Shown in pieces: positions 48,401-61,790 of a stretch of 64,000 nt of DNA. The DNA lies in assembly GCA_036172245.1 (NCBI GenBank), contig JAYWIR010000143.1:1-64000 (forward strand). The letters run 5' to 3'. This stretch comes from Raillietiella orientalis (lineage: Eukaryota). Under the pieces are notes generated by a model that did not search any database, had not been told where the DNA came from, and worked only from the letters and a program-made list of their open reading frames with translations. The translations under genes were made by a program, and so were the position numbers. The first letter of the stretch is position 1; each line of letters begins with the position of its first letter.

Positions 48401-51400
48401 TTCCGTTTTTCACGGGATCTGCACGTTACTATTTCCCGTCAAAACGAAGACGTCGTTCCAGAAGAAACTTTGGTTCGCTCCGAAGCACATGAATTCCTTA
48501 AACGGTAGCGAATCCATCACCTCCGATTTCGAAAGGACATGTGCAAAGGAAATTGGAGGCTTCAGGGGGTTTCCATTGCTGGCAATCAGCATTACTAGCG
48601 TTTGCGTGTCAATTGAAGAGCCATAATGGTAAATCCAGAAACGATCAGGAGTAGCATATGTGACTTAATTCCAATTGGGATACACAGAGTGAAATGCCTG
48701 CAGCATGTCAACGGCTCCTCTTCTTGATCTCTTCTGATGCGACGGAAATTGACCTTCCAGCATGCGGTGTCGTGGAAATTCGCGTTCCGCTTGATCGTGG
48801 AGAGTGACGGAGATTTATGCGGACGTCCTTCCAAAGAATAGAAAATGCAGTGCGCAAGTTCATTGTTCAAGGAAATATGCACACATTCCTATGCATCTTC
48901 CTCTGCCAATTCATTTGGAATCCATGCGCAGACAAGAAGCAGTCTCATCATGAGAAAGGGAAGCAGACGAAAGGCAAACAGAAGAATAGAAACGCACTGT
49001 CTTGGAAACGCGTGCAGAGATTTAAGATAAAAGAGAGCGCGAACGAGAAGTCGGAGTAGAAAAATGCGAATACAGCATAAAGACGCAACACTGAGATGAA
49101 TACGGGTGAAAGGGAAGGGCGACGGAGGAAGAGGCAAAATGGAGAGTGAGAATGGTTTGGGAATAGCAACACATTGGAATGGAAAAAAGAAGAAGGAAGA
49201 AATCCAGGAGGAAAACGAATTAGGAATGTGAAGGTGAACACAAGAAAAAGGACAGTGTTTGGAGCGATAACGATAGTCGAAGGAGGGAAAAAAGGAATAA
49301 GGTGTGCATATGACATGAGGAAGGGCAAGATCATGAATGAGCTAATCCGCTGTGGAGCGAGGGTGGGACGACGGCGAAGGGATGCTGAGGCTGTAGAAGT
49401 AAGTAAAATGACGGTGATGGAGACGCAAAGAGGGAAGACACACCGAGAACTCAACCCAAACTTACACCGAATGTGATCCAAAGAATCCGAGGTATGCAGG
49501 CTTGTGGATGTCTGTAAAAGCAAAGATTACGAGTTGCGTACCAGCGCGCTGAGCGGCGTGCATCCTGAGAAAAAACAAAGGTGCGCGCACGCAATGAAGA
49601 AAGAGGGCTGCTTGCCTTCCTTTTACATTCGCATACTTTTAATTCAGTAGCGCACGCCTCTCCGAAGTGACCAATCAACTTGCATTCGTTTTTCACACTT
49701 CGCAACGTTTTCGCCGCGCTTATAAGAGAGCGCTTGGAAGCACAAATCGAAATGTACATCAGAGGGACTCTAGAGAAGGAAGTACGTGCGCTTCTCGAGG
49801 ATGCTTAGGAAATCAACGGTCAGTGCTACAGACAGATGGAATTAGAGTTTCTGCTTGCAAACCGAGATATCAGAAAGATCATCGGAAACAGGTGATGCGA
49901 ATTCTCCTGTTGCCACGAATGCGGAAAAATAGGTGGAATTATATTTAGGGAGGCACATGTTGCAAACATCACGAAAGATGAATGTGCATTCGATGAGTGC
50001 ACAGCCATACCCATGGCACTCCGGTAAATCAGAATGCAAGAGAATTCTCTTGCGAACGTCAACACACGAAAAAATAAAATCACTGTGAACGACGATGCAG
50101 AAAAGGAAAATATGTAGAGTTGCTCTCACACGCTCTTACGTTGGATACACCCGCATGGATTCTAGAATCCGGTAATCAGGGCATTAAGTGCAGCAATCTC
50201 CAAAAGATGACGCTTGCTATTTGTTGTAACCCTCCTCTTCCCGGTAAAACCATTACGTTAGAAGCAGTTCCAGTTGTCGATCACTAGATAAAGCAACAAT
50301 GCAAAGGAGGAGTAGAAGACGAAGGAGGAGGATATAGAGGAGAATAAAGATGGGGAAGATCTCGCAGAGTGGAAGAGATGGACAGTGTATGGAAAAGAAG
50401 AAGAAGAAGCGTGCTTAAAGAAGAGATGGAGTGAAATGATTGCTGTCGAACAAAGAGGACTAGAGAGTGGAGCAGAAATTGGACAATAAGGGAAAATAGA
50501 GAGTGAAAATTTATAGAATTCTGCACTTCGAAATAAAGACAGAGGCTGTTGAGACAAATGGGACATCAAGTTGAGGAACGCCTCCATGTAGACGGAAAGT
50601 GCAGGAGCTTCTTTTTAGACATCAGATGGTAGGTGGACATGAGACGTGAAAACTATGAAGGCTTCCTGCCATAGAAAAGAAGCGTACGCTCCCAATGAAG
50701 AAACAGTGCTTCTTCCGTTACTTTTTGGTTTTAGAATTCTGTTTTAGTGGTTTCCAGAGGGAGAAGTTGGACGAATACCTAAAATGCAGGTTGAACTGGA
50801 GCCCAGGGAAAGACCTCGAGGCGTTCGCCACAGTTCCCATATCACTTGAAGATTTCGTGCAGGAAACACCAGGGGACTCAGAAAGCGACGCTTCAGCGTT
50901 ACAAGCTAGACGAGGCTCTTATTCCCCGACAGGAAGTCATCCCGCACTACAGAAGCTTGGAAATGTGAATTTCCTCCGAGCAGACGTTGAGCTGCCCAAT
51001 TTGAGACGATCCAGATACACGTCGCGATCAGAAAGTCCATCCCAGAGACCTCAGCACGGAGATGCAGATTGGATGCGCATCTTCGAGTCAATGACTTAAG
51101 ATCAGTTTCTCCAGGCTTAGAACAACAAGCTCCAAGAAACCTGCCAACGTTACTTTTCCTGGTCCAGGCGACAAGATGCTGAAGCTGTCTCATCTACGTC
51201 CACTGGTTCCCGATTTCGAAGGCGTTCAGACCAAAATGGGTGGGTGGATGAAGAGACAGGGAGTCCTTCCCTCTTCCTCTCTCGTTCTCGTTCTTGTCCT
51301 AAACTGGTGGACTGAGGTGCGGATGTCGCGGACTATAGAGACATCTCTTTGTAAGTGCGTGAGCGGTCAGCCGACCGAACCATCAGTTGCAGCCTGCTAG

Positions 51401-54400
51401 CAATTCTTGTCGATCTCGTCGTTTCCTGGATCGCATGGACTGTCAGGTGATTGCATCCGGCTTCTCCGTTCGCCACGTCCACTTCTCCTGCCAGCGACCA
51501 ATCCAAAGAGGTCGATCAACGGTAATATAGAGATACCTGCATTTTCTGGGAAGGCTCCTGAGGATGCGTTTTGGTGCTGAGACTGCTCCTTTTGCCTTAA
51601 AGCATCCAACTAGCTATGGAGGACGAAAGCAAAAGTGTACCACTGAGGAGGATTTGACGGGACATTCCTTACCTCGAATGCTTCTTCTTTTTTCGAGGCT
51701 GCTTTCGAGATGAGGATACAGCCGAAGCAAACAAACACAGGCTCGAACGAGGGATGCGCTTTCCGATCTGTGGAGATGGCGGGTGGTCCCCCAATGCAGA
51801 ACGTGGCGTTGTAGTTTTACATTCTACCTGGATGGCCGAAGATCACTATCACCTTCGGTTCCTTCGTTTTCCAAGAAATCAAATCGTTGTCTACTCTTGT
51901 GTTTCCTTCCTCCATTCACACGTAAAAGCCACCCCTGTCTGCACGGCAAGAGCCCTGTGCAAGAAGCGTGCGTTCCTTGAAGGGAAGATCATAAAAAACA
52001 AAGGAACTCGCAAAGCCTGTTTTTTACCCTTTTATCTCACTCTGTTTTTTCCATTCCTGCGTTGCCAAGGTTGGACTTTCAAATCCATTCTCAAAAGAGT
52101 TGTTTCCTTCTTTTATTTCTTGGTCGCTGGCGTGCTTGGAAGGAGACCTTCTCAGTCTGGATCGGCGTCGACTGATAAGTGGCGCTTTTGAAATTCGCAT
52201 CCCTCATCCCAGTTAAAACCCACGCTGTGCGGCCTCCATGCTGTCTGTGTTGCAAACCAAATAGAAAAAAATTCAAAGGAAATAGAACGAGTTGGGGCAC
52301 GAAATCCCGTGAAGCGTCCACTTTCCTTTCTTCCTCATTCCTTTCCTTCGGTTTTTTGTTTTCAAAGTCCATTCCTTTCATCGTTTTCTTTCTCAACTTC
52401 TTTTTTCTCTTTTCTGCGCGTCCTCCTGGGTAACTATTACTTCTTCTTAATTACTATTAGTATTGACCTCCTCCTTCCCTCATTCTTGCGTTCTCTCCTT
52501 GCTTCCCTATCGTCCTCCTCTATCTACCTCTCTTGGTTCCTCCTTCTCTCGATTGTCCTCTTTTGCACCTCAATCCTCTTCTACAACAGCAGCACACCTC
52601 TTGGAATCCTATCTGCATCATGCGCCTTAAACAGACCTTTCCAGCCCCGCCTCACATCATGCAACGCGATCAAAGGAAGCGCAACCTTCTGCATCCTGGG
52701 CACTCGCTCTAAAAATGGACATCCATGAGAAGCGCGCACTGACCCGGGCACGCTGATGTCATGATATTTGCCGGCAAAGACGGCATGGAAACGGCCATCA
52801 TGCTCATCCTAGACCGACGGTTACTAAGCAGCTAAAATTCCGTGGGATGACAAAAGCCGGATTTTCAAGAGAGCTGTACCTTCTGTAATTCGTCCTGGGC
52901 TGCAAAATGTTGCGTTTAACTGCGTAAACGGTACAGCATGCGGGTTGATTTGAATCCGTGCGGCGTCAGGTTCCCACAGAGGTGTCCGATCATCGTGCGG
53001 CAGGGAAAGCAGCGATGTTCCCGCAGAATTCTCCCCCGGTTCTCGCCCCACTTGAGTGCATCACAGCCGCAAATGTACGAGAAATGCGCCAGGAGCTGCT
53101 TGCGTGGCTTACTGTCAAGCAGCCTTGGACCACTCGCCAGATTTGTTCCGGTGCACATGCGCGTTTTGCGACGACAAAAGAACGTGCTTGCAGAAGGATT
53201 TCCAAGCGCGAATTCGTGGTCTTCCAGCGGATTGGCAGGTGATATTTCGATAAGGCTCAGAGTGTGCATTAGCAATTCATTTCCGAAATTTCTTCGTCTT
53301 CAATGCAAAAGTTCACGCGCTGGAAGCTCATCCCCTTTGCACTTAACGAACGAGTCCACAGTTTCGAAACTTGACAGTCTGTAGACAAAATCAGTCAGCG
53401 ACAGCACTCTTCAAGCTCTCTGTTTATGCACGTGAGATTTTTAGGATAGAAAAACGCAGCTCCGTCATTGTGGGACGAGTGACGAACGTTGCAGTGTTCT
53501 TGATAATGATAGTGTCCAGACTGCAGGAGCGCTGCATGCTGATTGCTCTTTGAAACTCCACATAAATAGACTTTATCTGTCAATTGAAATGCACGTAGGA
53601 ATATAGAAACAAGAAAACGGTATACGCGTGTTTGAGCACCTTGGCCTACATATTTGTAAACCGTGTCAACATTCTAGTCGGACTCCAGCCTTGAGCTGCT
53701 ATAGGCGACGTACAGTTCCGAAAGAAGGAATCTTGGAGCAACACCAGGAAATGTCGTCTGATACTCTTTCTAATTTTGAGATGGTCTTGCAGATCATTTT
53801 GAAGCAGCCATCACGCGAAGTACACGTAGCTGAATACGTTATGAAAACCAACCCGGGCATAGGTCGTCATCAGGGAGTGCAGGTCAGATTGCAGGAAGAA
53901 TTTTGTGATCGAGAATCTACAGATCTTTCCAAATAAGCAATCGTTAAAATGCTAAACAAAGTGGAGATGCCTGTCTGAGATTCTGTGCACTATCTGCTCC
54001 GAATAGCAATGTCTGGAGAAAGCAGAGAAGTGCCTCATATCTCGACAACCTGGCCACATGAAACACAAGACAACAACAGAAGCAATAAGAGAACATCCGA
54101 AGACTATATAGAAGTGGATTGCGCTGACACGTGCAACAAGATAACTCGGAAAGACGCGAACTCAATGGTGTTTGTTTAGGAGACGATGTATCAAAACATA
54201 GCATCCTCACGAAGAAGAAATAGGAGATCCCAAACAGATGATGATGGCTGTCGGAATGTAACGTCTGAAGCGTATGCATACAAAGGGGATTCCCTACTTT
54301 ACATTCTACTTCAAAATGCGATGCTTTTCTACCCTGTTGCCTTGAAACGTTTATTAACAATTCGGATCATTTGGGGACATGGATCTCAGGCAAAGGGAAC

Positions 54401-57400
54401 AAAATATCGGAGAGAAGGCTCCCGACACGAAAGGAGGACACAAGAAAATGCGATGCTCGGAATTTTCGACTTGAATAAGTTTTTGGCGATTTACAATTGA
54501 AACGAAGAGTATGTCGTGAGCTGTGAAGAGTGCTATTAGCAATAAATCGATATTGAGAAGACGTGGAAGCACCCTGAAAAATCGTGTTAGAACATGTAGG
54601 AATGATAAAGCGGACGCTAGGGCAAAGTACGAGAAGTACGTTCGCAGCAGAGCGCTTGCAGAGGTCGCGACCGAGCTGCAGGGCTGCTGCAGGGCTGCTG
54701 CAGCTCCTTCAACACTCGTTGGTCAACCATGAGCTCTCTTCTCGCTGTTCCTGGAAAAGAAGAGAAGGCGACGACGAGCAAGCAGTGCTGTATGCTGGTG
54801 GGACAGGCGAACAGGCAGCAAAGAGGGAAGTCGTTCCGAAAGTATCAAGTAGAATGACGGATCGGCAGAATATGGAGATCTTCCAATATCCTTTGCGAGT
54901 TCTTGTAGCGAGAAACGAAGCGCTATGAAGGTAATTATGTTCGTACAACTGCTGTATTCAGGCTGGCACCTCGGTTGAGGACGCATCTGTCGCTGTCGTT
55001 GCGAGAAGAATAACTGCTTTGTGCGATGGTTCCTCGTGCAGATGAAATCGGATCGTCATCAACGCACTCCTGCCTTGTGGGAGAACTACTCACTGGCATA
55101 AAAAAGCCTCAGTTTACCTTGAAACCGCACCCAATACCCCGCGTGAACTTCGTGGCATTGCTCTGCCTCATCAGCACCGCTACAGGGCAAGTGATCTTAT
55201 ATAGAGACAGCTCTCGCGAGCCAGAAAGCGGTTTGTGTGGAGTACGCAGCAGGAGCATCTCTCGAGTCCGCACTCTTTGCTTTGAAAAACACGAGAACAA
55301 AATGGTCAGAATCCAGAGCAGGGCCATCAGCAAAGACGTTTGCTTCGTCTGGAAGTGTTAAACACGGTTTTGCAGGGGCATTACATATTATTCAGTAATG
55401 TCCCGTGCTCAGATGTGGCGAAGCAGTTGGTTGCATCATCATGTGCACGCAAGTTGCCATGACCGCCACGTAGAGGGATGAGCCTCATTTGTAGAGCAAC
55501 AGGGAAGAAAAAACCCGAAAAGAAGAAACCAACAAAGAATGCAAAATGAAGAAATAAGTTTCAACGGGGGGCGAGAGGAGACAGTAAAAGTGGTCACAAA
55601 TTTCTCGGGAAACGATCTCAGCATTCTTCATATCAGGCCTAGTTGTTTACGTATCTCTCACAAATGGCACCATCTCGAGAGGGTGATCCAGAAGATTGCT
55701 GCCAAGTGGATGGCGTCTTCACCATTTCTATCTTTTCTGCTTGTGCACCACGCCACCAGCACACCTCAAAGACAAAAGGGTCACATATTTCTATTTATAC
55801 ACCATTATCAAAAAAGAAACAACCATTACATATCCTAGAAACAGAAAACACCTATCTTGCAAAACAAACAATACAAATCACTCTATTCCTTCCCAACCCC
55901 ATTGACGATCATTTCATGAATGCTACTCGATTCCAAAGAATAATTCATAAACTCACACTCACAACTACCTACCTAACCAACACCACTATATACTTCGAAA
56001 CCAAAATCCACGTATATTACCACAAATAGTTATTGTTACTGCGATGAAAAAAGCTGGAGGTAGTGCGGGACGCGAGAAAAGGCGTTTGCAAATATCTCTT
56101 GAGTCTCCAGCCGGGATTCTTGGAGTCGCCGAGAAGCTATTCTCAGAGAAAGGGAGTGCAACACAGTCTAAAGAAGAAACACTCCCATCTCTAAAGAAGT
56201 CACCTGCCATTGCCCTCCAATAATTAAAAAGAACTGCGGTCAAAGGTGTGAAGGAGGCACCTTTCTTCTTCCTCAGCAATAGCCAACCGTCCTCGGTCAC
56301 ACTTTAGCTCTCCGCCTGCTTCGCCACTGCGGACGTGCGCTTGCCGACGGGCGTGGGTTTTTGCTGTTTTGTGCTCCTCCTGAATCGCCTCTTGTCATCA
56401 GAAGAGGACGCTGTTTGCGTAGAACACACCCGCGACATCCGCACTTTCTTTCCGCACAAGAAGCGGAATGCTGGATGCTGACGACATCTCTTCTTGAGGT
56501 AACCTGTGGCTTCGCAGTTCCCTCAGTATTTCCGTTTCCCCACACACCACAGATCGACATGTACCTTGCCGATCTATAGTCTGCTTAGTGCCCCACTGCT
56601 CTTCCGAGCGTCACACGCTTTGCGACAACCCGATTGCAAGCTGTCGAGAGAGCCCAGGCGCTTTTGCAGTTCAACTCCACAAGCTGCAGCCCGCTACCCG
56701 CAGAAAGAATGACTACCTACCACATCCTCGAAGAGGTTTCGCTTTCTGAGCCTTTGGAGGAAGAAGCAAAAAAGAATATAGGATGCCTACCTTGCACAGT
56801 AGGGACGGGGTGTACTCGTCGGTTTCGTACGCCTGCTGATCCGTTGCAAGAAGGCTGGAGAAGCCGCCTCCGCAAAAGCGCCGCGAACCCTCGCAGGAGC
56901 GGGGTACCATTTCGTGGGTGCGCTTGTCCTCCTTTCCATACGTTGAGAAAACGAAATGCCTCTGTTCTGTTTAGCCGAAGAAGATGCGTAATCCGGCATC
57001 TTAGCTCTCAAAGGACCGCAAAGGGCATACAAACTTAACCTAAACTCACCGTTGCGGTACGAAAAAAAAAAGGCCGTTCGAGGCAGCCCAAGGAGAATTC
57101 AGTTGCGTAATTTAAAAGAAGGCGTCTTTTCGCATAGAACCAGGGGACCGAGTGAGTTGCGAAGGCAACCGTGCGGTTCGAAGGCAAGCTTGCGGGTTGG
57201 GGCGAACTGGGGATCGTGCCAGGACCGCGTTTCACCAGCATGTGATTTGGCTGGCTGGGGCGTGCACGTGTGTGCTGCTGCGCACCAGCTTGATGGACAC
57301 AGTCGCCCACCGAAAGGCGATCAGGAGCACCGATCGGACTCATGGATTCGCTTTCCAGAGTGTGCACGCACCTCGCACACCTGGCAGGCAAACGCGCCCG

Positions 57401-59640
57401 CACTTTGCGCCTGCAGGTCAGGCACCCGTGACCGGCGAATCTTGTTCGTGAAGAACGCAGCCCACCTCGCCTGCGCTGTTGCTCAACAGCGCGAACTGGC
57501 ACACACGTCCACGGGGAGCAGCTCGCACGTGCAACCAGCCATGGTCTCAGAGGCGGAGGCCATCTTGTCCTCCCGGGAAGTTGCTCGCAGACAATTATGA
57601 CTGCCTGGGACGATCAGTGGAAGGAAGACAGACGACTCCGTTGGCAAACGCTCTTGATACCCGACATTTGCGGATCGTGCAAATACTCCTAGTCCTTAGG
57701 AGACAGCGATGGAGGGGAACGCGCATAGCTCGTGAAAAGAGGTCAGGGTCCTCGCTACACCCGTGAGGCTTGGGATACGTCTGACAGACAACTTAAAGAT
57801 AAACATCGTGCGTCTGTGTTCGGTGGACGTTGTTGTCGATATTATCCCCCACTATGGGACTAGCACTGTGACCCTTTCTTTGGTAAGTTCCAAAACTTGT
57901 TCGCAACGGATTACCACATGTCTGTGAGCAAGATGGAGACAAAAGACTTTCGTCGAAACTTTAAGAGATTCGTGGCTGTGTGCGGCAACAATCATTCCGA
58001 TTTATGTAAGAAATGCACGCTCCTGTTGCAAAGAATGTTTCGTTACACTCCTCTTTACGGAGACATACAGAATACGAACACACCGTCGGAGTACGTTGCA
58101 TTTGATGCCATCCACGAATATAGCATCTTGGTGCATGCAGACGTGAGAACCGAAAATAGCAACTAGAGAGCACGAGAGAACAAAAATTTGTAGGCGTGTG
58201 TTTTCTTATCACGCACCTACTCTCTCCCTTGGCCCTTCGTGACGAAAGCGTTCCTGAAGAAAACGTGATCTGCACAAGTCTGGAAGCTACGAACGTCATC
58301 CTGCCCACATTGTGAATAAGGAATTCTTCTTTTTCTTCCGTATGCTACTTTCGCCTCTCTGGGAAATACAAGAAAGCGTTCGAGGGTGAAGCATTGCATC
58401 TGCAGATCCTGCAGAATTCGGTTGATGGAATAGCTCTGCTGCTGTTGCTGCTATCTTCAGCGCAGAGAAGTGCCTCCAGGGGAGTCTTCGGCGAAACCGC
58501 TGGATCTACACAGAATGCAAATCCTTGCTTTGGGGCGTTCAACATTAGAGAAAGATTTCCTAATGTGAAAGGCTCTCAAAGATGTTTCCGAGGATTGGTG
58601 CAGTTGTTCGCGCTTTGGTGCCTTTTCCCGAGATGCAGCTGTCTTTGGCAGTGCAAACCTGTGAACTCACTTCGCGGCCACAATTATCTTGCTGCACGAA
58701 AGCGTGTTTTTCTGTTTTCGATGAAAACAGAAGGCTCTGTTCGCAAGGATCGGGATCTTCTTTTCGGCGTCGGTCGTTTCCGCGTTCAAGCAATTTTCCA
58801 ATGTGGATTTGTGGAAAACACAGCGACAGCGTGGCGGCATGCCGCCAGGATCCTGCGTAGGCAGCATACGCCCGATGGAATGCCAACGGCCATTCGCTCC
58901 GTTGCCTCACCTATCGAGCCACGAGCTATAGGTCCTGAAGCTTGACAATTTGTGCGCGATTTCCCGCATGCCGTTGTCCCCTTGCGCCCTCGACTTGCAC
59001 TTTACCTGTGGACTTCTCCGCTTTAGATGAACTACGGTTTCCGTCATCTTCCAGTGCACATTACTCCTTTTTTTTTTCTTCCGTATACATTTTGAAGGAA
59101 CCCAAGAATATCGGATACTGCGATACGGAAACTCAATACGATGCCTAATTTCAACGCGATACACAGATTAGGGAGCGGCGACCTTCACGATAGATGCCGC
59201 TAAGAGGGATGTTCTCTGGGGAAAAAGTTCTCTGCAGTCTTCCCCTCAGAAAGAGCGCACTCATCCGATCGATTGCGAAAGCTGTAAGGCGCACGAATGT
59301 ACCAACGTACACTGAACGGAGAATCGACGTCCACACAGCAAAACCAAAAAGGGTTGACTCTTTGGAATTTCAACTATAGCTCAAGCAGCGGTTTATTTCG
59401 GAGCAAGCGCCCGACCAGGGTGTATGGACGCTTCTTTCAAGCGTAGTATCGTAGTGGTCGTCGCCGTTTCTTCTTCACCAGTGTGCAGAAGATGCCATCC
59501 TTGCGTGAAACCACATGCAGCATCGAATACTATGCTGCTCTCGCCACTCGACACCGACGAATGAACGCATCGGAGACTAATTCACTCAAAACGACGTTTG
59601 CTGACATATCCGATAGGTTCCCACTTTGAATTAGAAAACG
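39420..59640. other. ~20-kb lower-GC interval with no recognisable gene or LINE
   Basis: Longest ORF in the track is 240 aa; no motif I can recognise; may hold spliced or decayed host genes that I cannot resolve. Confidence 0.5.
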
Positions 59641-59649
59641 AGTATTTCG

Positions 59650-61020
59650 CCACGGCGCGCTCGAAGGAGACGTCATCGAGCGTGGGTTAGATGACGGACG
59701 CCGCCGTTAAGCTCCCCTCCTTGTTGACTTTGTCAACAGAGGGTTGAGCAGTGGCAGAAGCGAGTTTCATTGTGCCGCATACGTTGATGGCGGGAAACCG
59801 CTCAACGACGACGCTGGACGGACGTGTTCTGTGTTGCTCGGGAAGCTTGATTCCTTTCCGTCTTCTGTGCGCGTGGTGTGCCCACGTGCGTCCGCTAGAA
59901 TGTTCACGGCGTCCGTACCGGAGAAGATGGATGTAAAGGCTGCAGCGGGAAACGGAGTTTCTACCCCGGATGTTCGGCCCGTCTCTGATGCCTATGTCTC
60001 GCCACCGGCGAGAAGCCTCGCCACCGTCGTCAAGGCGACGGCAGCAAACAGAGCACCACCCGACGAAATGGAGCTGCAGGCATATGCAGCCCATGCCTAC
60101 AGGCCTGCTCTCTCCTATCCGGTGAGTGCTACTATCTCCGACGGGGTCGAAAAAATTCTCTGGGAAGAGCTTTTACGCGTCGGAGTCCGGAAGGACGACC
60201 TCCTCGCTGTCATGCCTGTCAACGCGCTGGGAAACTGGGAGGTGCACTTCAAAGGGTCATCCCTATTCCAGCGCCTTCTCCTCACCCCGCTTAACATACG
60301 CGGGAAGGAGGTCGTCCCGTCGGCCATGGACCAGTAGTTCGTGATCCGATTGTCCGCCGTCCAGGTGGACACGCCCGATCGCGTGCTCGTCGGTGCACTT
60401 GGTGCATTCGCCACGGTGTACGCAATGTGGAGAGCAGACAATCCCATTAAAAGGATTGCATCTCCTCACAGCGGACTTGCCATGGCGTGCGTTACCATGG
60501 CAGATCGGAGGGACATGCCTTCGCAATTGCAGGCAAGCGATGCAATCGTCCACCTTAAATTTGACGGTTAGCGACCGGCTTGCGGCATTTGCTATGCAGA
60601 GGGCCACCGTCCGTGGACGTAACCTTCTCGCAACTGCCGCTATTGTAAACAGCTCGGCCACTTTATTGAAGGGTGAGCCGAGCAAGGGCGCAAACGGCAT
60701 GCGAGAAACCGTTAACAATCGACCCCGTCCGCGTCGAAAAGATTCCCCGTTGGAATGGGTGAAATCGGGCGCGCAGGGCGGACCTTCATCGAGTGGCAGT
60801 CCTGCAAAAAAGAGCGCGGTTGTTTTGGGAAAGTCACCATCCCAGACAGCCGCGCAGGCGGGAAAAATGCCATGCAGCCCTGGGGGCAAATCGTTCATTT
60901 CGAAGCAGCCCAAGAGTGCGGTCAGGCACTTAATGAAAGCTACTGGACCGTCCGCGTCCTTTTCCGTGTCCAGGAAAACACACGGGAAACCGTGCGCGGG
61001 AGCCCTTGGAACTGCCTCTC
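59650..61020 (+). mobile_element. LINE C4: long 5' leader + ORF1 5' part, decayed C-family copy
   Basis: ORFs 59744..60337 and 60341..60571 are homologous to C1 ORF1. Confidence 0.88.
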
Positions 61021-61790
61021 AAAGTCCGTGTCTCAATAAGGTCGCGAAGATCTTTATTCTCTTTGACTTCGCTTTGCACATGAAACCATGTCTGGCGAAG
61101 AAAAGGTTATCCCCAGTACTTAGTCCAGGAACAGCGTAAGTCTGCTCCGGGCTAAATACGGATTTAGCTGTCTGTCCGTGCCGCGCAGTTCACAGTTTCT
61201 CGAACAACTTGACGTCCGTGTTCATGACTGTGAACGGACGCCAGTTCTTTAAATCCCTGAGTTTTCCCCCTTCCGGTAGGAGCCTGACTCTGGCTGACCG
61301 AAGCGAGGCGGGAACATCGCCTACATCCCGGATCATCTGTGTCAACTTATGCACCAAGGGGGTCAACTCTGCCGCGAAGCCTTGAAAAAACTCTGCGGGC
61401 AGGCCGTCCTCCCCTAGTGCCTTCTGCCTCTTGAGTCCTTTTATTGTGGTGAAGCTTTCACCGCTAGTAAAAGGCTCGTCGAGGCTTTCCTTCTCTTTCT
61501 CTCCTATGGCCAGGGCTCCGTCCAGGAGCAGCAGTCGCGAGGCGTCCTGCTCCGAAAGCGCCCTGGCGTACAAGGAGGAATAAAATTTTTTCCCGATGTG
61601 TCGAATCGCGGCAGAAGCCAAATGTTCCCGGTCCTAGTCGTCCAGCAGGGTGGGAGGCTTGAACTGCCAGGTCTGGATCTCAGCCCTGGCTCGGTACTCG
61701 GCCAAGCGACGGACGTTGGTGATCCTCTCTTAACGACGGGCGTATAAATACGCGTTTTCGTTGCGAGTACCTATTCCAATCCCGGCTCGT
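61021..61790 (-). mobile_element. LINE N: ORF2 fragment (post-APE linker to RT start)
   Basis: ORF 61190..61621 with KALGEDGLPAEFF and NWRPFTVMNTDVKLF. Confidence 0.85.

Noticed and set aside
56330..56382. cggacg..gctcc-like sequence in the core
   Set aside because: Spacing does not match 11-12 nt and no ORF1 follows
44348..58945. Core ORFs (44348..45070, 48948..49523, 50695..51099, 58394..58945) as host genes
   Set aside because: No recognisable motifs and several are low-complexity; cannot be supported without homology or expression data
59374..59420. tatagctcaag resembling a tRNA A box
   Set aside because: No T-loop/B box or cloverleaf
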